A stretch of DNA of 39,864 nt. Origin: Collodictyon triciliatum. Its lineage: Eukaryota. Positions 1-39,864 of the stretch are shown here, piece by piece; positions within the stretch are counted from its first letter, which is position 1, and every line of letters starts with the position of its first letter. Position numbers and translations under genes: made by a program. The notes beneath the pieces were generated by a model, which was given only the letters and a program-made list of their open reading frames with translations, made no database searches and was not told the DNA's origin. The stretch is taken from the NCBI GenBank assembly GCA_043381765.1, contig JBHJMP010000048.1, forward strand, positions 1 to 39,864, written 5' to 3'.

Positions 1-120
<120 letters not shown>

Positions 121-169
121 CCTTATTCTTGTCTGTAGTTTCCTCTTTTTTCCCCACTTTTTGTTTTAG

Positions 170-268
170 AAACGAGGTAGTGCCGTTCTCGACTGCCTTG
201 GGCAGTGTTGTGATCGCGGGTTATTAGCTTTTAATCAAACTCCTGAAAAGATCACAACAATGTTTTGA
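170..268 (+). CDS. Possible terminal exon of a convergent upstream gene
   Basis: Pyrimidine tract plus TTTTAG acceptor ending at 169, followed by the open frame KRGSAVLDCLGQCCDRGLLAFNQTPEKITTMF* with higher GC than the flanks. No homology recognised. Confidence 0.3.
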   Translation, partial: KRGSAVLDCLGQCCDRGLLAFNQTPEKITTMF

Positions 269-330
269 TTGGGATGTAAAACCAATGGATCGGTATATCG
301 GGTATGAGCGAGCAGGAATTGATGGTTTAT

Positions 331-390
331 TGTGAGTGATTGCGAGTGATTGCGAGTGACTGAGGGTGATTGAGGGTGATTGTGAGTGAT
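331..390. repeat. 10 bp minisatellite, 6 copies (TGYGAGTGAT / TGAGGGTGAT), just downstream of the dynein stop
   Basis: tgtgagtgat tgcgagtgat tgcgagtgac tgagggtgat tgagggtgat tgtgagtgat. Confidence 0.85.
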
Positions 391-401
391 TTTGCGTCGG
401 T

Positions 402-29776
<29,375 letters not shown>

Positions 29777-29937
29777 TCGTGAACAAAGAAGCAGACGTCC
29801 ACAAACAAATCAGTGGTTACTAGCAGAGAACTTCCGGTACCAATGAGGTCCTTTGAGTCTGCTCTTCCTTCCTTTCTTTCTTCCTTTTTGTCTTTCTGTC
29901 TGTTTTTTTTTTTTTTTGTTTTCTTTTCTTCTTCCTC

Positions 29938-30382
29938 TTATTCGACTGCTCGACTCCTTTCGTCAATGGTGCGCGTATGGGGTTTGCGTATGCTCGCCTA
30001 AGCCCTAGACTTCGTGACAATAAGGGATTACTTAAACAAGGGGACTCTCTATCGAAACTCTGGCACTACTCAATAGCATGCCAAGCGTATCGGGTGAGTG
30101 GGAAGGAAGAAGAGGAAACGAAAAGGGGAAAGTGTAGGAACAGGAAAGGAATACAAATTGAGGTGTTCTGCCAGTGAAGTCGAATATATGCCAGAAAGTT
30201 TTTCTCGTCGCGTCTGCGGCGCTGCGGTCAATGATCTGATGAAAAAGACACGCTCCTTGAGACAATCACGCCTCTGCCACACATACGCACTTAGGAACAG
30301 AGTAGCCCGAGCCACTACTTGCATATGCTGAAGCCGAGCGCAGTCCGCTAGCGAGGGATCTGATTCTTGCGAGCAGGTGCAT
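29938..30382 (-). CDS. Candidate small 3-exon protein (78 aa) with mitochondrial-presequence-like N-terminus; function unknown
   Basis: Proposed exons 30382-30287, 30235-30155 and 29997-29938, joined by GTATGT..CAG and GTATTC..TAG introns, give MHLLARIRSLASGLRSASAYASSGSGYSVPKC-IIDRSAADATRKTFWHIFDFTGRTPQF-ASIRKPHTRTIDERSRAVE*. ACCATG start context, an Arg/Ser/Leu/Ala-rich N-terminus without acidic residues, and an A-rich tract after the stop. No homolog recognised, and other splice paths are possible. Confidence 0.4.
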
Positions 30383-30798
30383 GGTTGATGTGACGAACTT
30401 CGTAATTGACTTCTCGATTGGTAGCATCGTTGCACCCAAATCAAGCAAACGAAATATTATATGTAATTCATCTATATATAATTGATTTTTATAGCATACA
30501 TAAAAATTTTTCCAATTTTTATCAAATCTTATGAGTAATCTATGTAATTTCCGTAATTGTATAATACTTTTTTCGTTTGAATATTCAAAAATTCAAAACC
30601 ACAGTGCTCGCTGTCAGAGCACAAATTATATACCACCAACCCGCACTCCAGCCCGTTCTCTGCATCGATCACTGATTGAATATCTTAACCTAAAGTACAA
30701 GCGGGATTCTTGTGGATTGTTGTAATTGAAATCAATCCACCCACCAAAGCCGTAGACCGCCCAACACCAAGCAAACACCCAACCCACCACAACACACC

Positions 30799-33425
30799 AT
30801 GGCCTCCCGACTTGCCGACCGCCGCCACGACCACAAGAAAGCCGTGACACACGAAGACGCTCTGCGCAAGCGCGAAGACGAAGTGTCGATTCTGCGCAAG
30901 AGCAAGAAGGACGACGCCCTCAGCAAGCGGCGGCAATTCTCAGAAGCCACAGAAGCCTCCAACAACACCGCAGCGCTGCTGCCAACGCCCGCCGGCCTGG
31001 ACCTGCCCCAAGCAGCCGCCTACGTGAGCGAAGCCCTCCCAGCAAACACCGCCGCCATGGACCGTGCCCTGCAGCTGCTCGCCGCAGACCATCCCGCGCA
31101 GCAGGTGGACGCCGCCAACTACTTCCGCCGCCTTCTGTCCATCGGTGGGTCTCTCATCTCCTATTCAGCCTGTTTTGTGAAGCCCTGGCCAGAAGAGAAT
31201 GCCTTCGTGCAAAGCATCCCACAGCTTGTCGTGGACAGCCACTAACCAACTCTATGCTGTCCTTGCCTGAATCAAATCACAGAACGCAACCCGCCCATCG
31301 ACTCGGTCATTCGCGCAGGCGTAGTCCCGCGTCTGGTGTCGTTCCTCAGCCGTAGTGAAAATGCCACTCTACAGGTTCACACCCACGCATTGATACTTGT
31401 GAACTGACACACAAGGGAAAATTCCCTGCCCGTGTGGCACCCCCTAATAATGCTCTCAATGAAGACTTACACATATCTCATCTGTAGTTTGAAGCTGCGT
31501 GGGCACTGACCAATATTGCTTCGGGTTCAAGTGAGCATACACGCGTAGTGGTTGATGCTGGTGCGATTCCGTTCCTCGTGAATCTGGTTTCGTCCAACAA
31601 CGATGACGTTCGTGAGCAGGCTGTGTGGGCGCTGGGAAATATCGCTGGAGACTCGCCAAAGTTCCGCGATATCGTTCTTGCCAGCAACGGGCTATCTGCT
31701 CAGATGTCTCTCTTCCGCCCAGACATCAAGCTCAGCCTCCTGCGCAATGCCACATGGGCCGTCTCCAATCTGTGCCGTGGGAAGCCTCAGCCCGCATTGC
31801 CGAAGGTGAGACGTAATTTCTCTTACCAAGTGTCCATCCCATACTCCTGTCCCTGAAGAGACGTTTGCATCAGATGGGATATTCACACCTCACATGATAA
31901 CCTCGCTGCCAAACTTGAATTCATGTGGTCGTGTGGCAATCATTTCTTTTTGCACCAACATAGGGTGTCNNNNNNNNNNNNNNNNNNNNNNNNNNNNNNN
32001 NNNNNNNNNNNNNNNNNNNNNNNNNNNNNNNNNNNNNNNNNNNNNNNNNNNNNNNNNNNNNNNNNNNNNNNNNNNNNNNNNNNNNNNNNNNNNNNNNNNN
32101 NNNNNNNNNNNNNNNNNNNNNNNNNNNNNNNNNNNNNNNNNNNNNNNNNNNNNNNNNNNNNNNNNNNNNNNNNNNNNNNNNNNNNNNNNNNNNNNNNNNN
32201 NNNNNNNNNNNNNNNNNNNNNNNNNNNNNNNNNNNNNNNNNNNNNNNNNNNNNNNNNNNNNNNNNNNNNNNNNNNNNNNNNNNNNNNNNNNNNNNNNNNN
32301 NNNNNNNNNNNNNNNNNNNNNNNNNNNNNNNNNNNNNNNNNNNNNNNNNNNNNNNNNNNNNNNNNNNNNNNNNNNNNNNNNNNNNNNNNNNNNNNNNNNN
32401 NNNNNNNNNNNNNNNNNNNNNNNNNNNNNNNNNNNNNNNNNNNNNNNNNNNNNNNNNNNNNNNNNNNNNNNNNNNNNNNNGCGCAAGGAAGTTTGCTGGA
32501 CTCTGTCAAACATCACGGCTGGCACCCGTCCTCAGATTCAGGTGTGTTCTCTTATCCAAGCAATTCTCGTGATTGTCACATCCAACTAGTGCGATGCCTG
32601 ACATGCATGCCCACAACCCAAAGGCTGTCCTAGAGGCTGGACTCATTCCCTACTTGGTGGAGGCGATGCGCTGCGGCGACTTTGACATCCAGAAGGAGGC
32701 CGTGTGGGCCCTGTCAAACGCCACGTCAGGAGGCTGCGACGAACAGGTTAAGGTCCTCGCCAACTGTGGGGCTGTCGCGGCTCTGGCCTCGATGTTGACT
32801 GCCGTCGACTCGCGTGTCCTCAGCGTCTGCCTTGAAGGGATCGAGAACATGCTGCGCGTTGGCGCCAAGTGCCTCACCGCCCACAACACGAACCCCGTGG
32901 TCGATGCGATTGAGCAGGCTGATGCTGTCGAGGCCATCGAGCGCCTCCAGAACCACAACAATGAGGTGAGTGTGCAGACCGACCAGACCCCAATCCTTCC
33001 ACTAAGGCGTCCATTTACCGTGTTTTGTGTCACACCCCGTCTCAACGTATATGTTTGTGTGTGCGTTATGAGGAGGAAGTCGTTGCGTAACCAAGAAGGA
33101 AGAAAGGAAAGAGTGAATTTTGTGACATAGGAAATCACAGCCATGTTCCCGGCCGTACTTGGGCGCATATATCTGTATCCATTCGCTTGAATAACGCGGT
33201 CATCTGATATTCATTTTTTTTTTAAAATTTCCTTAGGAAATCTACGAGCGAGCTGTCCGCGTCCTCGAGACATACTTTGACGTGGAGGAGGAAGACCAGG
33301 ATGTGGAGATTGCCCCTGTCATCGACGCCGGCCAGCAAGGTTTCTCCTTCGGATTCCCGTCAGCTGCGCACAACGCCGCACCTGCCAACCAGCCACCCCA
33401 GCCCTTCCAGTTCAACTTCTCATAA
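30799..33425 (+). CDS. KPNA: Importin subunit alpha (karyopherin alpha); middle exon(s) lost in an assembly gap
   Basis: IBB domain ([25 protein letters not shown]), [13 protein letters not shown] repeats [58 protein letters not shown] and [15 protein letters not shown], and C-terminal [14 protein letters not shown]...FQFNFS*. Visible exons: 30799-31144, 31283-31374, 31488-31805, (gap)-32541, 32624-32965, 33237-33425, all GT-AG. Confidence 0.97.
31970..32480. other. Assembly gap (N run) hiding importin-alpha ARM-repeat exon(s)
   Basis: N run. The protein jumps from ...GKPQPALPK to RKEVCW, so part of the ARM region is missing. Confidence 0.97.
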
Positions 33426-34040
33426 GTCCTTCTCCGCTTCGTCTATCGGGCTGCTTCACTCCCGCTCCTCCTGTGACTCTGTCTGTGTATATCCCACCCA
33501 CCCAAAAAGAAACAACCCTTCCCTTTGACATTGACAAGTACCTTCGTCCCCACATATCATGTGCTGCACTGAGCTGTGCTGTGCGTGCGATTGCCGGCTA
33601 ACCTGCCTGTAAAGTGGCAGGTGGCCAGCGCGGCCGCACAAACCATCAGTCTCATCACTGCCCAACAGATAATAAATCATCTGACAACCATAATAAAGTG
33701 CCAAAGTAGAATTGAAAATGGGTCGAGAGTCCACAGGCGGCGAAAGGAACAGGTTTCGCCTGTGGAGGGATATAGTTGCCGCTCGCACTTACATAAGTGT
33801 GTATAGAAAAAAAAGAATAGAGGCGACCACCGCTTGATGTTCTCTGGTCCGATAGCGTGGTGATGTATTGCCATAAGTTATGCGCTTTATGGGCGTGAGA
33901 GTGAGAGTGAGAGGGTGAGAGAAAGAGGGGGAGTAGGAGTAGGATGGGTGAGATGCTGGGGATGGGCAGATCGGCGCCGGCAGCCCGACATTAGGCTGGG
34001 AAGGGGGTGAGGGGGACGCGTGTGTGCGGCAGGGGCCTGT

Positions 34041-36782
34041 CTACTGGCGGGTGTTGCTGGAGGTGGCGGCCACAGGGGCAGGGGCGGGGGCAGCGACGGC
34101 GACGGGGGCGGGGGCGTGGGCGAGGGGGTAGGGGAAGGAGCGGGTGGCGCCGCCGTAGTAGACGGGGGTGGGGGCGACGGTTGTTGCTGTTGTTGTGTAG
34201 GCGGGGGTGGCGGTGGCGGTGGCGGTGGCGGGGAGGGCGAAGGAGCGGGTGGCGGGGGCGACGCCCGAGAGGACGGGGGCGGCAGCGGCGGTGGGGAAGG
34301 CGAATGCGCGGGTGGACTCGACGGGGCCGGAGTAGGTGGCGGGCTCGTCTGCGGCGACGATGTTGCCGGTGTAGTATGCGCCGGGGAGGGCGACGGAGCG
34401 GGTGACGGCGCCGGTCTCGATGAGGCGGGCCTGGCCGACGACCTCTGTGCCGGAGACGACGCGGCGGTTTGTGGCGCGGACCTCCTCCTGGACGGCGCGG
34501 GTGACGTAGGTGGTGACGGGGACCTCGACCTCGCGGGTGACAAACCTCTGGACGGGGACCTGGACCTCGCGGGTGACGGAGCGGGTGGTGGGGACCTGCT
34601 TGACGACGGCGACGTTCTCGGTGACAATCTGCTCCACGGGGCGCTGCACGTAGTTGACGACCTCCTGCTCCACGGGGCGCTGCACCAGCGTGGTGACCGG
34701 CTCGTAGTACTCCTCCTGCACCACCTGCACCACCGGCACCTGCTTCGCCTGCGTCACGTCCACCAGGATCTCCTCCTCCACCGCCCGCTGCACCTGGTAC
34801 GTCACCTCCTCGTCCTTGAAGACCGTCACGTACTTCTGCACCGGCACGTCGATCTCCCGCGTCACCAGCGTCGTCACCGGCACGTCGATCTCCTTGTCCA
34901 CATACGCGATCGCCGGCACGTCGATCTCCCGGTCCACATACACCACCGTCGGCACGTCGATCTCCCGGTCCACATACACCACCGTCGGCACGTCGATCTC
35001 GGTGTCCACGTACGCGATCGCCGGCACGTCGATCTCCCGATCCACATACGCAATCGCAGGCACGTCCACCTCGCGCGTCACGTACGTCGTCACGGGCTCC
35101 TGCACCTTCTCCGTCCGCAGCACCTGCACGGGCTCCTCCACAATCTCCGTGCGGTAGCTCTGCACAGGCTCCTCCACAATCTCGCGTCGGAACGTGTGCA
35201 CGGCCTCCTCCACCGTCTTGGTGTTGTACACAATCTCCTGCTCCATCTCCACGTAGCGCTCCGGCTGGAACACCTTAAAGTCTCGTGTGGCCGGCGCAGA
35301 CTTTGTGTACGTGTTGACCACGCGTGCTGTCCCGGGGATCCCCACCACGGGGATGCCCTCTGCGTTCACCAGAGGGGTGGACACGCCGTCCAGCGGCACG
35401 GGCACTTGTCCGTACGCCCCCACAGGGATCGGCGCAGGCACGGCGGCTCCGTTGTCTCCCAGCGTGAAGTTGCGGGTCGTCCCCACGCTTGCGGCGTTGC
35501 TGTAGCCGTACCCGGGCAGCACAAAGTTGCGGGTTGTTCCGGACGTCAGTGCAGCGCCGGCACCATAGCCCACGGCGCCAGGGTACACGTAGCTGCGGGT
35601 CTGCTGTGTCGCCGCAACCTCCACTTCCTCCGCCTCCACAAAGCGCTGTGTGCGCTCAAACTCGACCTCGTAGTAGCGGACCTCGGGAACCTCGTAGGTG
35701 CGCTCCACATACTCGACGTGCGGCACTTGCACTTCACGCTTGACGTAGTCTGTGAATGGCACTTGCACCTCGCGCTTGACGTAGTCTGTGTAGGGCACTT
35801 GCACGTCGCGGGTCACAAAGGTTTGGACAGGCTCTTGCACAGTCTGCTTGGTGGTGGTCTGGATGGGCTCCTTGACAATCTGCTTGGTGGTGGTCTGCAC
35901 CTCCTGCTTGACGGTTTGCTTGGTGGTGGTCTGGACAGCCTCCTTCACAGTCTGCTTGGTGGTGGTCTGGACGGGCTCCTTGACAATCTGCTTGGTGGTG
36001 GTTTGCACCTCTTGCTTGATGGTCTGCTTGACGGTGGTCTGGACGGGCTCCTGGATGGACTGCTTCACAGTCTCGGTCACCAGCTCCTGCACGGGGACCT
36101 TGACGATCTCCTTGCGCTCCTCGTTGACGATCCTGGTCACCTTCTGGGGCACCTTGACGGTCTCGTACTCGGTCTTGTAGGAGGTCACCTGGCGCTCCTG
36201 GGTCTTCTTGACCATGGTGGTCACAGGCTCCTCCACCTGGGTGGTCACGCGCGAGACGACGGGCTCCTGCACGTAGTGGGTGACGGTGCGCTGGACGGGG
36301 ACATACTCGGTGACGTCCACAAGCTCGGTGACGTTCTCGACGATGGCCTGGGTCTCGTAGTCCGTGTAGGGCTCCTCGATCTGGTGCACGACAATCTCGG
36401 TGACGGGCTCCTGGACATAGCGGGTGACGCTCTGGGGCTCGACAGAGGAGCTGACAGCAGCGCCTCCAGAAACATCGAACGAGCGGGTTCCGCCCACGGT
36501 GTAAGCGCGGGTGCCACCAACAACGCCGGAGCTCAGAGGGCCGCCGACGACTTGGGGGGCGCCGTAGACAACGCCGGGGGCAGCAGCGCCGCCAACAGTG
36601 TAGGCACGGGTGCCGCCAACAATGCCGGAGGTGACAGGGCCGCCGACAACCTGGGTGGCGCCGTAGGTGTAGGGCGAGCCGAGGATCACGGGGGAGCCGC
36701 CGTAGACGTAGCTGGGGACGGCTGCGGTCGAGGTGGCCACGGTGGTGGCTGGGGCGGCAGACGAGGAGGTGTGGGTGGCCAT
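34041..36782 (-). CDS. Articulin/epiplastin-like (VPV-repeat) membrane-skeleton protein, 913 aa, intronless
   Basis: Long GC-rich ORF from ATG at 36782 (MATHTSSS...) to TAG at 34043-34041. Very V/T/E/P/Q-rich, with 12-residue periodic VPV/EPV repeats and acid-base dyads (REVQVP, REIDVP, KEPVQ), flanked by low-complexity G/A/P/Y/T head and tail. This is the described architecture of articulins/epiplastins. The family call rests on composition, not alignment. Confidence 0.8.
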   Translation of the reverse strand: MATHTSSSAAPATTVATSTAAVPSYVYGGSPVILGSPYTYGATQVVGGPVTSGIVGGTRAYTVGGAAAPGVVYGAPQVVGGPLSSGVVGGTRAYTVGGTRSFDVSGGAAVSSSVEPQSVTRYVQEPVTEIVVHQIEEPYTDYETQAIVENVTELVDVTEYVPVQRTVTHYVQEPVVSRVTTQVEEPVTTMVKKTQERQVTSYKTEYETVKVPQKVTRIVNEERKEIVKVPVQELVTETVKQSIQEPVQTTVKQTIKQEVQTTTKQIVKEPVQTTTKQTVKEAVQTTTKQTVKQEVQTTTKQIVKEPIQTTTKQTVQEPVQTFVTRDVQVPYTDYVKREVQVPFTDYVKREVQVPHVEYVERTYEVPEVRYYEVEFERTQRFVEAEEVEVAATQQTRSYVYPGAVGYGAGAALTSGTTRNFVLPGYGYSNAASVGTTRNFTLGDNGAAVPAPIPVGAYGQVPVPLDGVSTPLVNAEGIPVVGIPGTARVVNTYTKSAPATRDFKVFQPERYVEMEQEIVYNTKTVEEAVHTFRREIVEEPVQSYRTEIVEEPVQVLRTEKVQEPVTTYVTREVDVPAIAYVDREIDVPAIAYVDTEIDVPTVVYVDREIDVPTVVYVDREIDVPAIAYVDKEIDVPVTTLVTREIDVPVQKYVTVFKDEEVTYQVQRAVEEEILVDVTQAKQVPVVQVVQEEYYEPVTTLVQRPVEQEVVNYVQRPVEQIVTENVAVVKQVPTTRSVTREVQVPVQRFVTREVEVPVTTYVTRAVQEEVRATNRRVVSGTEVVGQARLIETGAVTRSVALPGAYYTGNIVAADEPATYSGPVESTRAFAFPTAAAAPVLSGVAPATRSFALPATATATATPAYTTTATTVAPTPVYYGGATRSFPYPLAHAPAPVAVAAPAPAPVAATSSNTRQ
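34843..35090 (-). repeat. Coding tandem repeat, 36 bp unit, about 7 copies (consensus REIDVPAIAYVD)
   Basis: cggcacgtcgatctc recurs every 36 nt on the + strand. Confidence 0.9.
35841..36056 (-). repeat. Coding tandem repeat, 36 bp unit, 6 copies (VKEPVQTTTKQT) with a 108 bp higher-order duplication
   Basis: tgcttggtggtggt recurs every 36 nt. The [IV]KQEVQTTTKQI variant recurs every third unit. Confidence 0.9.
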
Positions 36783-36932
36783 TGCGAGGGGTGTAGGCGG
36801 CTTGGTTTGCTGCACAGCAGTGGGTGCGGGCGATTAGTTGTGGCAGTGATCGGGTTCGCGGAATTCAGGTTTCTTGGGAAGGCGGGGTTGGGTGGGGGGT
36901 AAAGAGTTCGTGGAGGTTGGGCAAGGGCTGGC

Positions 36933-36939
36933 TTATATA
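36933..36939 (-). promoter_or_regulatory. Candidate TATA box of the articulin-like gene
   Basis: CTATATAAG on the minus strand about 150 nt upstream of the ATG, in otherwise GC-rich sequence. Confidence 0.5.
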
Positions 36940-38064
36940 GCCCGTGGGTGTGCGGAAGAGTCGCTGGGTTTGTAGGGAGAAGTCGAGTGTGGGCGGAAGA
37001 GTCGCCCTTTCTGGCGATAAATGAATCGAGTGGGTGGGACGCGAGAAGGAGTGCCTTTGCGTTGTGGTTGGGATCGATTGTGTTTGTCCCCGACCTCTTT
37101 GAGAGAGAAAGGGAGAGAGAATGTTCCATCCGTTGAGTAGGTTGGTGTCTGAGGGGGCGGATCCAAGAAAGATTGGGGCGGGGGCTGTTTGGTTGGATTG
37201 GGGGATGATTGGCGCTGGGCGTCGTTATGTGTTGGCAGGTTGTGAGTTGATCTCTCTAAGGCCTTTGGGAATGATCTGCTGCCTGCGACTGGCTCGCAAG
37301 ACTTGTGATGATAACTGGCCTTTGTTGCAATTGTCGTGCGGGAGTTTTTAAATGTGGTTCTGGGTGATTTTTCTTGGCGGATTTCAAAATTTTGAATATG
37401 TTTATATATGCACGTGTGAAAACCTCGGTGTGGCGGATGACGGAGGTGTCCATTTATTGGGGCTGCTGTGGTCTTGTCCGTATCAGTATTGAATGCTGTT
37501 TCTGCATCCGAATGTGGAATAAGAGGCCAATGGCGGTGCGCCACGTCAGTGGTGCGCCTGTGGTCTGCGTGAGCTAAGGTCAACACCATGGAATTGTTCC
37601 AAACTTCATATATTACATTATAGCAAATATATATATATAGCTACATATTAGGTACATAAATACAAAAATAATGATACATATTGATTAAAAATTGAAATAT
37701 TTATAAAATCCAAATACAATTAAATATACGGTATCATTATATTTACATGGAGATCTGTTCTTTTTGGTTAATTTTCTGCCCCTTTTTCTCTTCCACTTTC
37801 GACGAAGATGATTCTGCAACCCCGAAGAAAGAAGCGATTTCCTGTGTTCTTTGTCTGCGCGATCTCATCCACAAGCCAATAGCGAGTTTGCACAAATCCC
37901 TGTGCCTGTGCCTTCGCCTTCAGATTCTCCACACCGCGACGCACATACTCTTTCTTTCCTTCTATAAGATACCCAAATACACCTTACACACTTTGCATCC
38001 TTCTGCGGGCTCCCATATCTAATTTCGTCATGAAATATCTAGAACCAAAAAAAATAAAATAATT

Positions 38065-39247
38065 ATGTCTTCTGGTGTGGATTACTTTGCACGAAAGGAC
38101 GTTTTCCGATCGTTCCTCACAAGCCAGGTATGTTGTGCTTGTTATCTTGTACTTTTTCCCTTTTTTTCTATTCTTTTTCTTTTCTCTCTTTTTTTCCTCT
38201 CGTCCAGCCGAAAATATTCCACCAATTCGTTGTCGCTGTTTCGTGTGCCGACAATTATATCTAGATATAACCTTCACAATTGTTTCTAGAAATAAAATGA
38301 TACGTTTTTAACTTCAGGATCACAGCAAACCACACACATTTGCTTTTCACCCAAATGGCCAACTAGTCTTTTTTCTTGGATCTTGCCAGCCAACTTACTC
38401 TAGTACATTGTATGCTGTTGACTTGGGTAACCAAGGTTTGCTAGCTTCTATCAAAGTCCCACTCTCCATTCGCGTTCTATACTCCTCTCTTCTTACTACC
38501 CTTTTGATTTTGTGTAAGTTGGATGTAATTTATTTTGCCCGTAGTTTTCATCTGTGTGACATATATTCACTAATCGAATTATATTACAATACTCCTTCGA
38601 CACCATATATATTTGTGTATTTCTACCCCTTTTTTTCCTCCTTACAACTCGACAGGATTCAAATACGAAACGACAAAGAATAATTAAAATTTTATGTTAT
38701 ATCCAAAACATACAAAAGATTCCACTTTGTCTTGGAAGCCTGTGTTAGAATCACTCAAGCCGCCTGGAAATCTGACCAAAGAGGAGATCCTACTTCGTGA
38801 AAGAATGCGTGCAGTTGGTACTGGTTTGACGAGTTACATATTTGATGAAAAGTATGTATCATTCTTTAGAGAAGTTGTAAACTATTTCTTTTCATACATA
38901 ATTTCAAATTCTATCAATTTTGAAGCATTTATAATTTTTTAACGTGCACAAGTCTTTGTTTCTTTCCCACTGCGTTTGTTACAATATAAGCTTCAACTAT
39001 TATTCCCAAGTCCCATTTCCCAATTTTTGATTTATTCTTATGTAGAACCGGCGTATTTTTATTCAAATCTGGTGACTTTCTCTTCACCATCGACGTTCTT
39101 GGATACGTAATAATTTTTACCTTCTTTTAAATATCGATATGGTGTTTATTCGTTTGGTGATTTATGTCCTGAATAAATAATTGAGACACTGTAAACGAAT
39201 TTAAAAGGGACTTCTTGTTCTTCTTGTTCTTCTTGTTCTTCTTGTTC

Positions 39248-39307
<60 letters not shown>

Positions 39308-39578
39308 ATTCTGCCCGTTTTCAATAATATTACGCATGTCAACAATCTCCTTTGAGTTAATAAATACTCTTACGAATACCTTGAAGAAGAATAACTGAGG
39401 GCAGTGAGGGCATTTATATTTGCCAGCTTCAGTAACCCTGACTATATTATTCGTCATTAATAGACGGACCTTTCGAGCCTTCCTGTTACTCCCTCTGAAA
39501 TACCTAATTGCACAAAAGGAGGATACAATGACTTGAAGTTCTCTCCAGACTCAAAAATCATTTCATTCATTAGAGATG
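38065..39578 (+). CDS. Dipeptidyl peptidase 8/9-like (S9B) serine peptidase, 5' part; continues beyond the window
   Basis: GT-AG exons 38065-38127, 38318-38435, 38719-38851, 39046-39106 and 39464-39578 join in frame: MSSGVDYFARKDVFRSFLTSQ-DHSKPHTFAFHPNGQLVFFLG...STLYAVDL...LSWKPVLESL...LTKEEILLRERMRAVGTGLTSYIFDEKTGVFLFKS...YNDLKFSPDSKIISFIRD. LSWK...EE.LLRER.R....G.TSY.F....G.FLF resembles the DPP8/DPP9 N-terminal propeller region. The catalytic domain is not in the window. Confidence 0.85.
39212..39306. repeat. Intronic (TTCTTGTTC)n(TTA)n repeat in the DPP8/9-like gene
   Basis: Direct reading. Confidence 0.9.
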
Positions 39579-39763
39579 GTACACCACTTAGCAACATTTA
39601 TTTATGATACGATTTTTTTTCGTGCAGATAAATATGCAATAAATTGATTTATCTTATTTCTATCAGTCTGTAGTTCATCTATTTTTTTCATTTATGTTTA
39701 CCCTACTTTTTTTTTCTCGAAATTTCAGCTCCTACCTATTTCCTTTCACTTACTACCTTTTAC

Positions 39764-39864
39764 TCTATCATCTATCATCTATCATCTATCATCTATCATC
39801 TATCATCTATCATCTATCATCTATCATCTATCATCTATCATCTATCATCTATCATCTATCATCT
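39764..39864. repeat. (TCTATCA)n 7-mer repeat, probably intronic, running off the window end
   Basis: Direct reading. Confidence 0.93.

Noticed and set aside
34843-36056. 36 bp periodic repeats as a CRISPR-like array
   Set aside because: They are in-frame coding repeats without unique spacers, in a eukaryotic gene.
34020-36902. 960-aa + strand ORF (G/L/H/D-rich)
   Set aside because: Antisense shadow of the articulin-like CDS caused by strong codon bias. It mirrors the same repeats and has no ATG at its start.
37747-38022. Open frames upstream of the DPP8/9-like ATG on both strands
   Set aside because: No recognisable homology or consistent splice model. More likely promoter or 5' UTR sequence.
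39764-39864. (TCTATCA)n at the window end, and (AGAA)n at the start, as telomeric repeats
   Set aside because: Neither has a G-rich telomere-like unit. The 3' array follows a splice donor inside an unfinished gene, so it is most likely an intronic SSR.

Overview
Eukaryotic (protist-like) genomic DNA with AT-rich, microsatellite-rich introns and five assembly gaps. Most of the window is one complete cytoplasmic dynein-2 (retrograde IFT) heavy chain gene on the minus strand (402..29776). By manual tracing it has about 105 exons and about 104 introns, two of them AT-AC minor-spliceosome (U12) introns. It is followed by a candidate small spliced gene with a mitochondrial-presequence-like N-terminus (29938..30382, -), importin alpha (30799..33425, +, partly in a gap), an intronless GC-rich articulin/epiplastin-like VPV-repeat protein (34041..36782, -) and the 5' part of a DPP8/9-like dipeptidyl peptidase (38065 onward, +). 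The most unusual signal is in the dynein introns: two families of ultra-short (about 20-55 nt) A-tailed insertions, eight copies in total. Seven have clear 12-17 bp target-site duplications and one has a degenerate one, which resembles target-primed retrotransposition of tiny RNAs or extreme 3' stubs of non-LTR elements. All gene models were traced by eye without RNA evidence.
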